A stretch of DNA of 64,000 nucleotides, taken from sequence record NZ_LR134454.1. One strand, written 5' to 3'. The notes below the pieces were generated by a model. It had not been told where the DNA came from, searched no databases, and saw only the letters and a program-made list of their open reading frames with translations. Shown piece after piece: positions 26,854 to 36,441 of the stretch. This DNA comes from a plasmid. Each line of letters starts with the position of its first letter. Within the stretch, counting starts at the first letter, position 1. A program made the translations under genes and the position numbers.

Positions 26854-27465
26854 TCACCCGCCGAGGGGCATCGTCGCCAGCCGCGCGGCGAGGACGAGGA
26901 GCAGGAGCCCGATCGCGAGGTTGATCGCCCGCCACACGCCCGGCCGGCCGAGCACGCCGGACAGGCGGCGGGCGCCGAAACCGAGCAGGCAGAACCAGGC
27001 GACACTGGCGACGACGGCGCCGAGGGCGAACCACCAGCGGTCGGCGCCGTAGCGCGTGGACGCGGAGCCGAGCAACAGCACGGTGTCCAGGTAGACGTGC
27101 GGGTTCAGCCAGGTCAGCACCAACACCCCGGTCACGACAGCCGCGACCGAGGCGGCGCCGTCACCGCCCGCGACGAGCCCCTCGGAACGACGCGCCGACC
27201 ACAGCGACCGCAGGCCGTAGCCCACCAGCACCACGGCGCCGGCCCACTTCACCACCTCCATGAGCAGCGGCCGGCCCGAGACCGCGGCGCCGAGCCCCGC
27301 GACGCCGGCGAGGATGAGCGCGACGTCCGAGGCGATGCACACCGCCACCACCGCGCCGAGCCCGCGGCCGCGCACGCCCACCTGCAGCACGTAGGCGTTC
27401 TGGGCGCCGATCGCCACGATCAGCGAGAGCCCGAGGCCGAGGCCGGCGAGGAGTGCGGAGGTCAT
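26854..27465 (-). CDS. lysE: LysE/ArgO family basic amino-acid exporter
   Basis: 203 aa with 6 TM segments and the LysE N-terminal pattern (LGLSLIVAIGAQNAYVL). It is divergent from a LysR-type lysG. Confidence 0.8.
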   Translation of the reverse strand: MTSALLAGLGLGLSLIVAIGAQNAYVLQVGVRGRGLGAVVAVCIASDVALILAGVAGLGAAVSGRPLLMEVVKWAGAVVLVGYGLRSLWSARRSEGLVAGGDGAASVAAVVTGVLVLTWLNPHVYLDTVLLLGSASTRYGADRWWFALGAVVASVAWFCLLGFGARRLSGVLGRPGVWRAINLAIGLLLLVLAARLATMPLGG

Positions 27466-27536
27466 GGCGTCGACGCTAGGGCCGCGCGGTCCATTAGCGC
27501 CAATACGAAAAGGCGATCACCCATTAGAATCACTTC

Positions 27537-28409
27537 ATGCTGAGCGGGCACCACCTGGAGACCCTCGTCGCGGTGGTCGAGGAGGAGAGCTTCGGCGCGG
27601 CGGCGGCGCGCCTGCGCGTCACCCAGTCGGCGGTCAGCCAGCGGATCCGGGCGCTGGAACAGCAGGTGGGCCACGTGGTCGTCACCCGCGAGGGCCCGTG
27701 CCGCCCCACCGCGCAGGGCGAGGAGCTGCTGGGTCTCGCCCGCGGCGTCGCCTCGCTCGAGGCCGATGCGCTGGGCCGGCTCGCGGGCGGGGCGCCGTCG
27801 GCCGTGCTCGACGTGGGCGTGAACGCGGACTCCCTCGCCACCTGGTTCCGCGACGTGATCGCCGCCGTCGCCGCCCTGCCCGACGGTCCGCTGCTGCGCC
27901 TCGTCGTCGACGACGAGCACCACACCGCGGACCTGCTGCGCGCGGGCTCGGTCCTCGGGGCCATCACCACCGACCCGGAACCGGTGCAGGGCTGCGCCGT
28001 CGAGTACCTCGGCACCATGCGCTACGTGCCGGTGTGTACGCCCGGCTACGCGGAGCGATGGCGCGCCGGCGGGCGCTGGCGCTGGCGGGAGATGCCCGTC
28101 GTGCAGTTCGACCTGCGCAAGGACGAGCTGCAGACCAAGGTGCTCCACCGCCGCGGCATCCGGGAGTCGCCGCCGATGCACCGCATCCCGTCGTCCGAGG
28201 CCTTCACCTACGCCGTCCGCGCCGGCCTGGGCTGGGGCAGCCTGCCCGAGGCCGACCTCGGCGACGCCCTCGACCGCGGCGCGCTCATCCGGCTCACGGA
28301 CGACACCGTCGACGTGAAGCTGTACTGGCAGTCCTGGCGGCTGCACACCCGGGCCACGGAGCGTCTCGCCGATGCGATCCACGCCGCGGCCGCCGTCCAC
28401 CTGCGCTGA
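27537..28409 (+). CDS. lysG: LysR family regulator (LysG/ArgP-type)
   Basis: 290 aa with a LysR HTH (FGAAAARLRVTQSAVSQRIRALE). Confidence 0.8.
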   Translation: MLSGHHLETLVAVVEEESFGAAAARLRVTQSAVSQRIRALEQQVGHVVVTREGPCRPTAQGEELLGLARGVASLEADALGRLAGGAPSAVLDVGVNADSLATWFRDVIAAVAALPDGPLLRLVVDDEHHTADLLRAGSVLGAITTDPEPVQGCAVEYLGTMRYVPVCTPGYAERWRAGGRWRWREMPVVQFDLRKDELQTKVLHRRGIRESPPMHRIPSSEAFTYAVRAGLGWGSLPEADLGDALDRGALIRLTDDTVDVKLYWQSWRLHTRATERLADAIHAAAAVHLR

Positions 28410-28449
28410 TTCCTCGCGGACTCCCCGGAGCGCGAGTACGTTGGCGCTC

Positions 28450-29937
28450 ATGCCGGATCACCCAGCGCCGCACCCCCTCCGCACGCTCCACGAGGGCCTC
28501 AGCGACCTCGATCGCCGGCTGTTCGACGCCGTGGCCGAATCGCCCAGCCCGCTGCTCGACCTCACCATGCGGCCGCTGTCGGCGGCCGCCGACCACTCGA
28601 AGCTGTGGATGGTGATCGCCGCGGGCCTCGGCGGCCTCGGCGGGCTGTCGTCGCGCCGGGGCGCCGTCCGCGGCGTGGCCTCGCTCGCGGTGACGAGCCT
28701 GATCGTCAACCAGGGGCTCAAGCGGATCTATCCGCGCCGCCGCCCCGTCCACGACGGGGTGCCGGTCAAGCGGGCCCGCCGCCAGCCCACGTCGACGTCC
28801 TTCCCGTCCGGACACTCCGCGGCCGCGGCGGCCTTCGCGATCGGGGTGGGGCTGGAGAACCGCACCGCCGGGTACGCCCTCGCGGGACTGGCCGGGGCGG
28901 TGGGCTTCTCCCGGGTCGCCACGGGCGCGCACTACCCCGGCGACGTGCTGGCCGGGTTCGCCGTCGGCGCGGGCGTCGCGGTCGCGGGCGCCCGGCTCGT
29001 GCCGCCCGTCGACGACAGCCGCACCATGACGCCGGAGCCCACCGTCGAACGGATCACGACGGATCCGGACGGCGCCGGCCTCGTCGTCGTGCTCAATCCC
29101 GCGTCCGGCGACGGCACCGGCACCCGCGTCGCGGAGGAGATCCGCAGCGCCCTGCCGAAGGCCGAGATCATCGAGCTGGACGAGGATTCCGACATCGAGG
29201 CCGTGGCCACCGAGGCAGCCGGCCGGGCGGAACATCTCGGCGTCGCGGGTGGCGACGGCACCGTCGCGACCCTCGCCGCGCACGCCGTCGCGGCGGGCAA
29301 GCCCCTCGCGGTCTTCCCTGCGGGCACCTTCAACCACTTCGCGAAGGACATCGGCGCCGAGACCGTCGCCGCCGTCGTGGAGTCGATCCGGGCCGGGCGA
29401 CTGGCGCACGTCGACGTGGTGTGGCTCAACGACGAGAAGCTGCTGCTCAACACGGCGAGCATCGGTGCGTACCCGGAATTCGTGCGCGCCCGCACCCGCT
29501 ACCAGCGGCGGCGCATCGGCCGCGTCACGGCGACGGTGCGCGCGCTGCGCCGGGTGCTCCGCCACACGGCCCCGGTGGCGGTGCGGATCGAGGGCCGGCC
29601 GGTCACCGTCTCCTTCTTCTTCCTCGGCAACTCCATGTACGGCGCACCGGGTTTCGTGCCGGGGCGGCGCACGCGGATCGACGACGGCGTGCTCGACGTG
29701 CGGTACCTCGAGGACGGGCACGGCAACGCCACGGCCCGCCTGTTCGGGTCGTGGCTCAGCGGCCGGATCCGCAACTCCAAGGTCTACCGGGAGTTGCAGG
29801 CCCCCGTCGTCACCCTCGAGGCCGACGAGCCCTTCCGCGTGGCCCACGACGGCGAGGCGGGGGAACTGCACACGCGCGCCCGGTTCCGGGTCGACTACCG
29901 CGCCCTGCGCGTCTTCGGGACCAGCCTCACGCGCTGA
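28450..29937 (+). CDS. Bifunctional PAP2 phosphatase / diacylglycerol-kinase-catalytic-domain protein
   Basis: The N-terminal membrane PAP2 motifs are present (KRIYPRRRP…SFPSGHS…SRVATGAHYPGD). The C-terminal DAGK_cat domain carries GGDGTV. Confidence 0.75.
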   Translation: MPDHPAPHPLRTLHEGLSDLDRRLFDAVAESPSPLLDLTMRPLSAAADHSKLWMVIAAGLGGLGGLSSRRGAVRGVASLAVTSLIVNQGLKRIYPRRRPVHDGVPVKRARRQPTSTSFPSGHSAAAAAFAIGVGLENRTAGYALAGLAGAVGFSRVATGAHYPGDVLAGFAVGAGVAVAGARLVPPVDDSRTMTPEPTVERITTDPDGAGLVVVLNPASGDGTGTRVAEEIRSALPKAEIIELDEDSDIEAVATEAAGRAEHLGVAGGDGTVATLAAHAVAAGKPLAVFPAGTFNHFAKDIGAETVAAVVESIRAGRLAHVDVVWLNDEKLLLNTASIGAYPEFVRARTRYQRRRIGRVTATVRALRRVLRHTAPVAVRIEGRPVTVSFFFLGNSMYGAPGFVPGRRTRIDDGVLDVRYLEDGHGNATARLFGSWLSGRIRNSKVYRELQAPVVTLEADEPFRVAHDGEAGELHTRARFRVDYRALRVFGTSLTR

Positions 29938-29947
29938 CTCGCACGGC

Positions 29948-30775
29948 TCAGGAGACACCCAGCAGCGTCATCTCGTTCGCCTCGATGTCCGCGGCGATGA
30001 GCGTGCCCGTGCCGCCGCCGGTCCCGGTGCCGTCGGTGCGGGTGTGGACCGTGTTGATCACGCCGACGGCGGTGAACGACCCGTCCGGCCAGCGGGCGTA
30101 GACGGGCCCGCCCGAGTCCCCCTCGACGGCGGGGATTCCGGCCCAGGTGACGCGGGTGCCCGAGACGTCGTCGAGCACGCCGCAATGCCGGCCGGTGCGG
30201 GCGCCGACGACGCAGATCTCGGGCCGCCCCGCGCGCAGCTCCTCGGTGCTGCTGACGCCGCGGACGGGGCCGATCGACCGCGCGATCGGCGCGACGTCGG
30301 CGCCCACCACCTGGATGATCGCGATGTCCTGCCCGCGGGTGCTGCGGGTGGCCTTGATGTACTCACCGAACGGCGTGCTGCCGCCGCCGGACGTGAGGTA
30401 CCGGGCGACGGGACTGCGCCCCGGCCGCGCCTTCCCCGCCAGCTCGGCGCAGTGCCCGGCGGTGAAGGCCACGACCTCACCGCCGGGGTAGCGGGCCAGG
30501 AAGCCCAACGTGCAGACGCTCGCGTAGACGCCGAACGAGTCGGCGTAGGTGGTGATCCCGGCGCCGGTCGTGGGCTTCGGCGCCGTCGCGGGCTTCAGGT
30601 CCGGCGCCACCACGTCGTAGGGCTGCACGACGGGCGTCGTCACCGCCACGGTCGACGTGCTCGGCGGCGCTTCGGGCGCGGCGACCTCGTCCCGCTGGAT
30701 CACCGCGCACCCGCCGAGCAGCGCGACGGCGAGCGCGCACGCCGCGGCCCGCAGCGGGCGTCGGGCGGCGGTCAT
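29948..30775 (-). CDS. Secreted trypsin-like (S1 / alpha-lytic type) serine protease lipoprotein
   Basis: Signal peptide plus lipobox LLGGC. Catalytic His (TAGHC), GDSGGPV and Asp are all present. Confidence 0.7.
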   Translation of the reverse strand: MTAARRPLRAAACALAVALLGGCAVIQRDEVAAPEAPPSTSTVAVTTPVVQPYDVVAPDLKPATAPKPTTGAGITTYADSFGVYASVCTLGFLARYPGGEVVAFTAGHCAELAGKARPGRSPVARYLTSGGGSTPFGEYIKATRSTRGQDIAIIQVVGADVAPIARSIGPVRGVSSTEELRAGRPEICVVGARTGRHCGVLDDVSGTRVTWAGIPAVEGDSGGPVYARWPDGSFTAVGVINTVHTRTDGTGTGGGTGTLIAADIEANEMTLLGVS

Positions 30776-30792
30776 CGACTCAGCGTAGGGCG

Positions 30793-31650
30793 TCAGGCGC
30801 GCGAGCGGATGGCCTCGGTGACGGCGGAGATCGCCAGCGCGCGCACCACGTCGACCTTCGCGTCGACGGCACCGGTCGCGGCGGAGATGAAGGCGTCGCC
30901 GTCGAAACGCGTGTGCGGCGGGTCGATAGCGCGGGCGAGGCCGTCGTGCGCGCCCTGCGCGAGGATCAGGCACTCGACCTTGGTGAGCTTCGCGTTGGTG
31001 ATCACCACGCCGATGGTGGTGTTCTGCCGATTGCCGCCGAAGGGCTCGTAGCCGCCGAAGTCGGGGGTCCCGGCCTCGCCGGTGAGGATCTCGCCGAAGG
31101 CGTTCACGGCGCACAGCGCGCCCACGACGATGTCGCCCGCGCGGACCTCGGCGTAGGCGAGGCCGGCGTCGTGCAGGTTCTCCAGTCCGCGGGCCTTGCC
31201 CGTGGTGGCGCCGGTGCCGGCGCCGATGAGGCCGTGCAGCTCGGCGTCGGCGCTCGCGGAAGCCGCTGCCGCGTAGCCGTTCTCGGCGGTCGGGCGGACC
31301 GTCGGATCGCCGACCATGAGGTCGAACAGGCCCAGGGTGGGGACGATGGGCACGCGGCCGGCGACGGTCTCGACGCCCCGGCCCTCCTCCTCGAGGCGGC
31401 GCATCACCCCGTCGGCGCTGGCGAGGCCGAAGGCGGAGCCCCCGGTGAGCACGGCGGCGTGGATCTCCTCGACGGAGCGCTCGGGGGAGAGCAGGTCGAA
31501 CTCGCGGGAAGCGGGGGCGCCGCCGCGCACCTCCCCGGACCCGACGGTCCCGTCGGGGAAGGTCACGACGGTGCAGCCGGTGCGCGCGGCCGCGTCGGTG
31601 AAGTGGCCGACGCGGACGCCGGGGACGGTCACGCTCTGAACGACGGGCAT
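30793..31650 (-). CDS. P1-family (DmpA/L-aminopeptidase, S58) peptidase
   Basis: 285 aa with the DmpA/ArgJ-like fold (GVRVGHFTD…GTGATTGKARG). Confidence 0.7.
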   Translation of the reverse strand: MPVVQSVTVPGVRVGHFTDAAARTGCTVVTFPDGTVGSGEVRGGAPASREFDLLSPERSVEEIHAAVLTGGSAFGLASADGVMRRLEEEGRGVETVAGRVPIVPTLGLFDLMVGDPTVRPTAENGYAAAASASADAELHGLIGAGTGATTGKARGLENLHDAGLAYAEVRAGDIVVGALCAVNAFGEILTGEAGTPDFGGYEPFGGNRQNTTIGVVITNAKLTKVECLILAQGAHDGLARAIDPPHTRFDGDAFISAATGAVDAKVDVVRALAISAVTEAIRSRA

Positions 31651-31694
31651 GTCCCCAGGCTACGACGGTGCCGCCCGGCGCGGGTGCCGGCGGG

Positions 31695-32081
31695 TCAGGC
31701 GCGGGTGGGGGCGTACGCGGCCTCGTAGGCGGCGCGCGTCGCGTCGCGGCGCTCGGCCACGGCGGGGTTCTCCAGCTCGGGGTCGAGGCCGTTCTTCTCC
31801 AGCCGGCGGGCGCGATTGGGGCGCATGTAGGCGGCGTTGTAGAAGACGGCGAGCAGCGCGCCGAGCAGCACCGTGGCGCCGCGCAGCGCCAGCGGGCCGG
31901 GGAGCAGCATGAGCAGCGCGTACACCGGGAGCACCGCGAGCTGGCCGCGGATCAGGTGCCGGGCCGCCCAGGTGCGGCGGGTCAGGGTGCGGCGCACCCA
32001 TTCCCGGTTCCGCTCCGGCAGCGAGCCGGTGTAGACCCAGGCGAGGTAATGCAGGGGATCGGGGCGGTGGACGGCGTTCAT
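31695..32081 (-). CDS. Small 2-TM membrane protein (DUF5313-like)
   Basis: 128 aa. The start overlaps the upstream MarR stop by 4 bp. Confidence 0.45.
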   Translation of the reverse strand: MNAVHRPDPLHYLAWVYTGSLPERNREWVRRTLTRRTWAARHLIRGQLAVLPVYALLMLLPGPLALRGATVLLGALLAVFYNAAYMRPNRARRLEKNGLDPELENPAVAERRDATRAAYEAAYAPTRA

Positions 32082-32536
32082 CGGGACTCCTTCAATGCGC
32101 CCGCGGCGAGCGCTTTGGCGTTGACGGTGGTGAGCACGCGGTGCAGGTCCTCGAGTTCGTCGAGGCTCGCGCCCAGGGCCTCGATCACGGCGGGCGGCAC
32201 GGCGAGGGCCTGTTCGCGCAGGTCCCGGCCGGCCGCGGTGAGCTCGACGTCGATCCGGCGCTCGTCGTCGGCGGCGCGGCCGCGGGTGAGGAGACCCTGT
32301 GCCTCGAGCCGCTTGAGCAGCGGGCTCAGCGTGGGCGAATCCAGCTGCAGCGCCTCGGCGATCCCCTTCACCGACCGCGGCGACTCCTCCCACAGGGCCA
32401 GCATCACGAGGTACTGGGGGTGGGTGAGGCCCATGGGCGCCAGGATCGGCCGGTACACCGACAGCACCGCGCGGTTGGCGACGGCCAGCGCGAAGCACAC
32501 CTGGCGTTCCAGGGAGAGCGGATCGGGATCTGTCAT
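32078..32536 (-). CDS. MarR family transcriptional regulator (OhrR-like)
   Basis: 152 aa with the wHTH LTHPQYLVMLALWEESPRSVKGIAEALQLDSPTLSPLLKRLE. Confidence 0.8.
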   Translation of the reverse strand: MTDPDPLSLERQVCFALAVANRAVLSVYRPILAPMGLTHPQYLVMLALWEESPRSVKGIAEALQLDSPTLSPLLKRLEAQGLLTRGRAADDERRIDVELTAAGRDLREQALAVPPAVIEALGASLDELEDLHRVLTTVNAKALAAGALKESR

Positions 32537-32583
32537 GCCTCGACGCTAGCAGATTAGTCGTGCACGAATCAATAGTGCACTAA

Positions 32584-35043
32584 CTATTCCTCGGGGCCCT
32601 CCCACGGCGCCTCGTCGGCGGAGGGCAGGTCACCGGGGAGCAGGTCGCGCCGGAAGCCGCGCCAGCTCGGTTGCCGCAGGTGGCCGCCCCGGCGCAGCGA
32701 CGAGTAGCGCACGTCGCCGATCACCTTGGGGAGCACCCACACGGCGTCACGGGCCTCGGGATCGTCGATCGGCGCCGTGAACGGGGAGCGGCGCATCCGC
32801 AGCGGCTCCAGCTCTTCGGCCAGCGCGGCCAGGTCGCGGTCGCTGAACCCGGAGCCCACCGACCCCAGGTAGACGAGCCCCGTCTCGGCGGGCAGGCCCA
32901 CGAGCACCGAGCCGATCCCGCCCCCGCGCGAGCCCTTGCCGGGCTTCCAGCCGCCGATCGCGACCTGCAGGTCGCGCCAGTTCTTGTGCTTGAGCCATGC
33001 GCGCACCCGCTGCCCCGGCAGGTACGGCGAGTCCCGGCGCTTCGCGATGATCCCCTCCCAGCCGAGTTCCGCGCTGAGCGCCGCGGCCTCCGCTCCGGTC
33101 GCCGCGTCGACGAGCGGCGGCACGCTCACCGCCGTGTCGTGTTCGAGCAGCGGCGCAAGGCCTTCCAGCACCTGGCGGCGCACCGTCCACGGGCGCTTCG
33201 TCAGGTCGACGCCGTTGAGCGACAGCACGTCGAAGAGGTACAGCTGCACCGCGCCGGACCGGGTCTCGCCGCCCGCCATCAGGTGGAACGACGGTACGCC
33301 GTTCGGGTCGAGCACCACCGCCTCGCCGTCGAGCACCACGTCCATCCCGTCGAGATCGGCGGCGAGGGACTCGAACTCGGGGAACTCGCCGGTCACCGTG
33401 CGGCCCGAGCGGGTGCGCAGGGAGACGGTGCCGCCGCGCACCGTCGCGATCATGCGGTAGCCGTCCCACTTGCCCTCGAAGGCCCAGTCCGCGGCGGAGA
33501 GCCCGTCGATCGCGGATTCGGTGGGCAGCATGGGATCCGGCGCGAGGCCGGCGGCGGGCTTGGCGGGCGCGGACTTGTCCTTGGTGAGGTGCGCGAGCCA
33601 GTTCTTGTCGCCGGTGCGGATCAGCGCGTACCGCTTGCCCTGCAGCCGATTCCCGTGCAGCGTCACGATCACCTCGTTCGAGCGCCACTTCTCCAGCTCG
33701 TAGGTGCCGTGGTCCCAGATGGTCACGTCGCCGCCGCCGTACTCGCCCCGGGGGATGCTGCCCTCGAAGGCCGCGTAGTCCATCGGGTGGTCCTCGGTGC
33801 GGACGGCGAGGTGGTTGATGTCGGGGTCGTCGGGGAGGTTCTTCGGCACGGCCCAGGAGGCGAGCACCCCGTCGTGCTCCAGGCGGAAGTCGTAGTGCAG
33901 GCGCCGCGCGTGGTGCTCCTGGATGACGAAGATCGGATCGCCCTGCGACGGTGCGCCGCCGAAGGGCTCGGGCGTCTTCCGCGCGTCGCGCTTGGCGCGG
34001 TACTCGCCGAGGTCGACGGGCTCGGGCGGCGGCGCCGACGGTGCCTCGGCGCCGTCCGGCCGGGCGTCGGCACCGTAGAGCCCGGCGAGGAGGTCGCCGT
34101 CGGCCAGGGCGCGCGCGAGGACCTCGCCGAACTCGAGCTGGCGCAGGCCGGGGCGGGCGAGCTCGTCCCAGGTGCGCGGCGCGGCGACCCACGGATGGTC
34201 CCGTCCGCGCAGCGAGTACGGCGCGACGGTGGTCTTGGACGCGCTGTTCTGCGACCAGTCGACGAAGATGCGGCCGCCCCGCTGGACCTTCGCCATCGAC
34301 GCGGTGACCAGCTCGGGCGATTCGACCTCCAGCTGCGAGGCGATGGCGTGCGCGACCGTGCGCGCGCCGTTCGCCGAGATGCCGCCGGGCAGGGGCGCGT
34401 AGACGTGCAGCCCCTTGGAGCCGCTGGTCACGGGGTAGCCCTCCATGTCCATCGCGGCGAGCAGCTCGCGGATGCGCAGGGCGAGCGCGGCGCAGTCGTC
34501 GAGGGTGACGTCGGGGCCGGGATCGAGGTCGAGCACGAGGCGGTTCGGCGGTCCGGGGACCTCCGGGCGGTCGGGGTCGGCACCGTCGGGCACGAACGCC
34601 CACTGCGGGACGTGCAGCTCCAGCGCGGCCTGCTGGCCCAGCCACACCATGCCGGCGGCGTTCTCGATGACCGGGTACTGGGACTCGCCGTCGGAGTGGA
34701 ACTGGCTGCCGCGGCGGATCCACGCCGGCGCGTGGCTCGGCAGCCGCTTCTCGAAGAAGGCGGTCTTGTCCACGCCGTTGGGCCAGCGCTTGCGGGTGAG
34801 GGGCCGGTCGCGCAGGTGGGGGAGGGCGAACGGGGCGATGGCCTGGAAGTAGTCGATGACCTCGGCCTTCGTGGTACCCGTGGCGGGGTAGAGCACCTTG
34901 TCGAGGTTGGTCAGCTGCACACCGACGCCGTCGACCTCGCGGTTCTCCCGGATCTGCGCCACGGGCCCATTATCGGGCCCCGCGCCCGCAGCGGGGAGGA
35001 ACGTCCCGTTCGCGCCCTCGCTAAATGACTCCTCACCAGTCAC
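32584..35043 (-). CDS. ligD: Multidomain NHEJ DNA ligase LigD (polymerase/primase – phosphoesterase – ATP-dependent ligase)
   Basis: LigD_Pol domain (VQLTNLDKVLYP…KRWPNGV). PE domain (FVIQEHHARRLHYDFRLE). Ligase domain with adenylation and OB folds. It is divergent from ku. The GTG start is at 35043 or 35052. Confidence 0.8.
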   Translation of the reverse strand: MTGEESFSEGANGTFLPAAGAGPDNGPVAQIRENREVDGVGVQLTNLDKVLYPATGTTKAEVIDYFQAIAPFALPHLRDRPLTRKRWPNGVDKTAFFEKRLPSHAPAWIRRGSQFHSDGESQYPVIENAAGMVWLGQQAALELHVPQWAFVPDGADPDRPEVPGPPNRLVLDLDPGPDVTLDDCAALALRIRELLAAMDMEGYPVTSGSKGLHVYAPLPGGISANGARTVAHAIASQLEVESPELVTASMAKVQRGGRIFVDWSQNSASKTTVAPYSLRGRDHPWVAAPRTWDELARPGLRQLEFGEVLARALADGDLLAGLYGADARPDGAEAPSAPPPEPVDLGEYRAKRDARKTPEPFGGAPSQGDPIFVIQEHHARRLHYDFRLEHDGVLASWAVPKNLPDDPDINHLAVRTEDHPMDYAAFEGSIPRGEYGGGDVTIWDHGTYELEKWRSNEVIVTLHGNRLQGKRYALIRTGDKNWLAHLTKDKSAPAKPAAGLAPDPMLPTESAIDGLSAADWAFEGKWDGYRMIATVRGGTVSLRTRSGRTVTGEFPEFESLAADLDGMDVVLDGEAVVLDPNGVPSFHLMAGGETRSGAVQLYLFDVLSLNGVDLTKRPWTVRRQVLEGLAPLLEHDTAVSVPPLVDAATGAEAAALSAELGWEGIIAKRRDSPYLPGQRVRAWLKHKNWRDLQVAIGGWKPGKGSRGGGIGSVLVGLPAETGLVYLGSVGSGFSDRDLAALAEELEPLRMRRSPFTAPIDDPEARDAVWVLPKVIGDVRYSSLRRGGHLRQPSWRGFRRDLLPGDLPSADEAPWEGPEE

Positions 35044-35052
35044 AATGGTCAC

Positions 35053-35865
35053 ATGCGCGCGATATGGACGGGTGAGCTGTCGTTCGGGCTCGTGAACGTG
35101 CCCGTGAAGGTGTACTCCGCGATCGAGAGCCACGACGCGAAGTCGCACCAGGTGGACTCGAAGGACGGGGTCCGCATCCGGTACAAGCGCGTGCGCGAGG
35201 GCACCGACGACGAGGTGGAGTTCGCGAACATCGCGAACGCCTACGAGGCCGACGGCGGCGAGACGGTGGTCGTCTCGAAGGAGGACATCAAGTCGATGCC
35301 GGTGGAGAAGCACCGGGAGATCGCGGTGACGGAGTTCGTGCCGCGCGAGGACGTCGACCCGATCATGTTCGACAAGCCCTACTTCCTGGAGCCCTCGTCG
35401 AAGTCGCCCAAGGCGTACGTGCTGCTGCGGCAGGCGCTGCAGGAGACCGACCGGCTCGCGATCTGCACGTTCACGCTGCGCAACCGCACGCGGCTGTGCG
35501 CGCTGCGCGTGGTCGGCAACGTCATGGTGCTGCAGACCCTGCTCTGGCCCGACGAGGTGCGCACGCCGGAGTTCCCGGCGCTCACCGAGGACGTGAAGAT
35601 CCGCCCGCAGGAGCTCGCGATGGCCGCCTCACTCATCGACTCGATGGCGACCGACTTCGACCCCGAGCAGTACGAGGACGACTACCAGGTGCAGCTGCGC
35701 CAGCTGATCGAGGCGAAGGCCACCGGCGGCACCGCGTTCCCCGAGGCCCCCGAGGAGGAGGCCGAGGACGACGAGGTCGCCGACCTGCTCGCCGCGCTCA
35801 AGGCGTCGGTGAAGAACCGGGAGGCGCAGCCCGAGCGGCCCGCGCGCAAGCGCACCGCGAGCTGA
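35053..35865 (+). CDS. ku: Ku protein (non-homologous end joining)
   Basis: 270 aa. Begins MRAIWTGELSFGLVNVPVKVYSA, the canonical bacterial Ku N-terminus. Confidence 0.9.
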   Translation: MRAIWTGELSFGLVNVPVKVYSAIESHDAKSHQVDSKDGVRIRYKRVREGTDDEVEFANIANAYEADGGETVVVSKEDIKSMPVEKHREIAVTEFVPREDVDPIMFDKPYFLEPSSKSPKAYVLLRQALQETDRLAICTFTLRNRTRLCALRVVGNVMVLQTLLWPDEVRTPEFPALTEDVKIRPQELAMAASLIDSMATDFDPEQYEDDYQVQLRQLIEAKATGGTAFPEAPEEEAEDDEVADLLAALKASVKNREAQPERPARKRTAS

Positions 35866-36432
35866 TCACCGCCCGCTCGCGACGTCCCGCAGGTCCGCGA
35901 AGGCGCGCCGGGTCACGTCCTCCAGGTCGACGGTGCCCTCCGCCGCGATCCACTCCTCGTACGCCGCGGTGAAGGCGGCGACGCCCGCGCCCGCCGCGAC
36001 CCGGGCCGTCCGCGGCGCGGCGCCGCGGACGGCGAGCGCGGCCGCGAGGGCGCGCGCCAGGGAGTCCATCTTGTGCAGTTCGCGTTCGCGCAGCGCCGGC
36101 GTCGCGTCGATGACGCGCTGGCGCTCGATCGGCAGGGCGCCGCGGCCGGCGATCATCCGCGCCATCGTGCCGAACGCGGCCGCGACGACGTCGATCGGCG
36201 CGGCCTCCGGCTGCGCCTCGGCGGCCTGTGCGGCGAGCATCTCCTCGAGGAGGCCCTGGCCCCAGAACAGGACCTCCTTCTTGTCGGCGTAGTGCCGGAA
36301 GAAGGTCCGCTCGGTGAGCCCCGCGCGCTCGGCGATCTGCGCGACGGTGGTGGCCTCGTAGCCCTGCTCGGCGAACAGCGCGAACGCCGCCGCCTCGAGC
36401 CGCTCCTGTGCGTTCGGCTGCCACCGTGCCAT
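35866..36432 (-). CDS. TetR family transcriptional regulator
   Basis: 188 aa with the HTH TTVAQIAERAGLTERTFFRHY. It is the last gene of the NmrA-like–TetR operon. Confidence 0.8.
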   Translation of the reverse strand: MARWQPNAQERLEAAAFALFAEQGYEATTVAQIAERAGLTERTFFRHYADKKEVLFWGQGLLEEMLAAQAAEAQPEAAPIDVVAAAFGTMARMIAGRGALPIERQRVIDATPALRERELHKMDSLARALAAALAVRGAAPRTARVAAGAGVAAFTAAYEEWIAAEGTVDLEDVTRRAFADLRDVASGR

Positions 36433-36441
36433 GCGTCGAGC

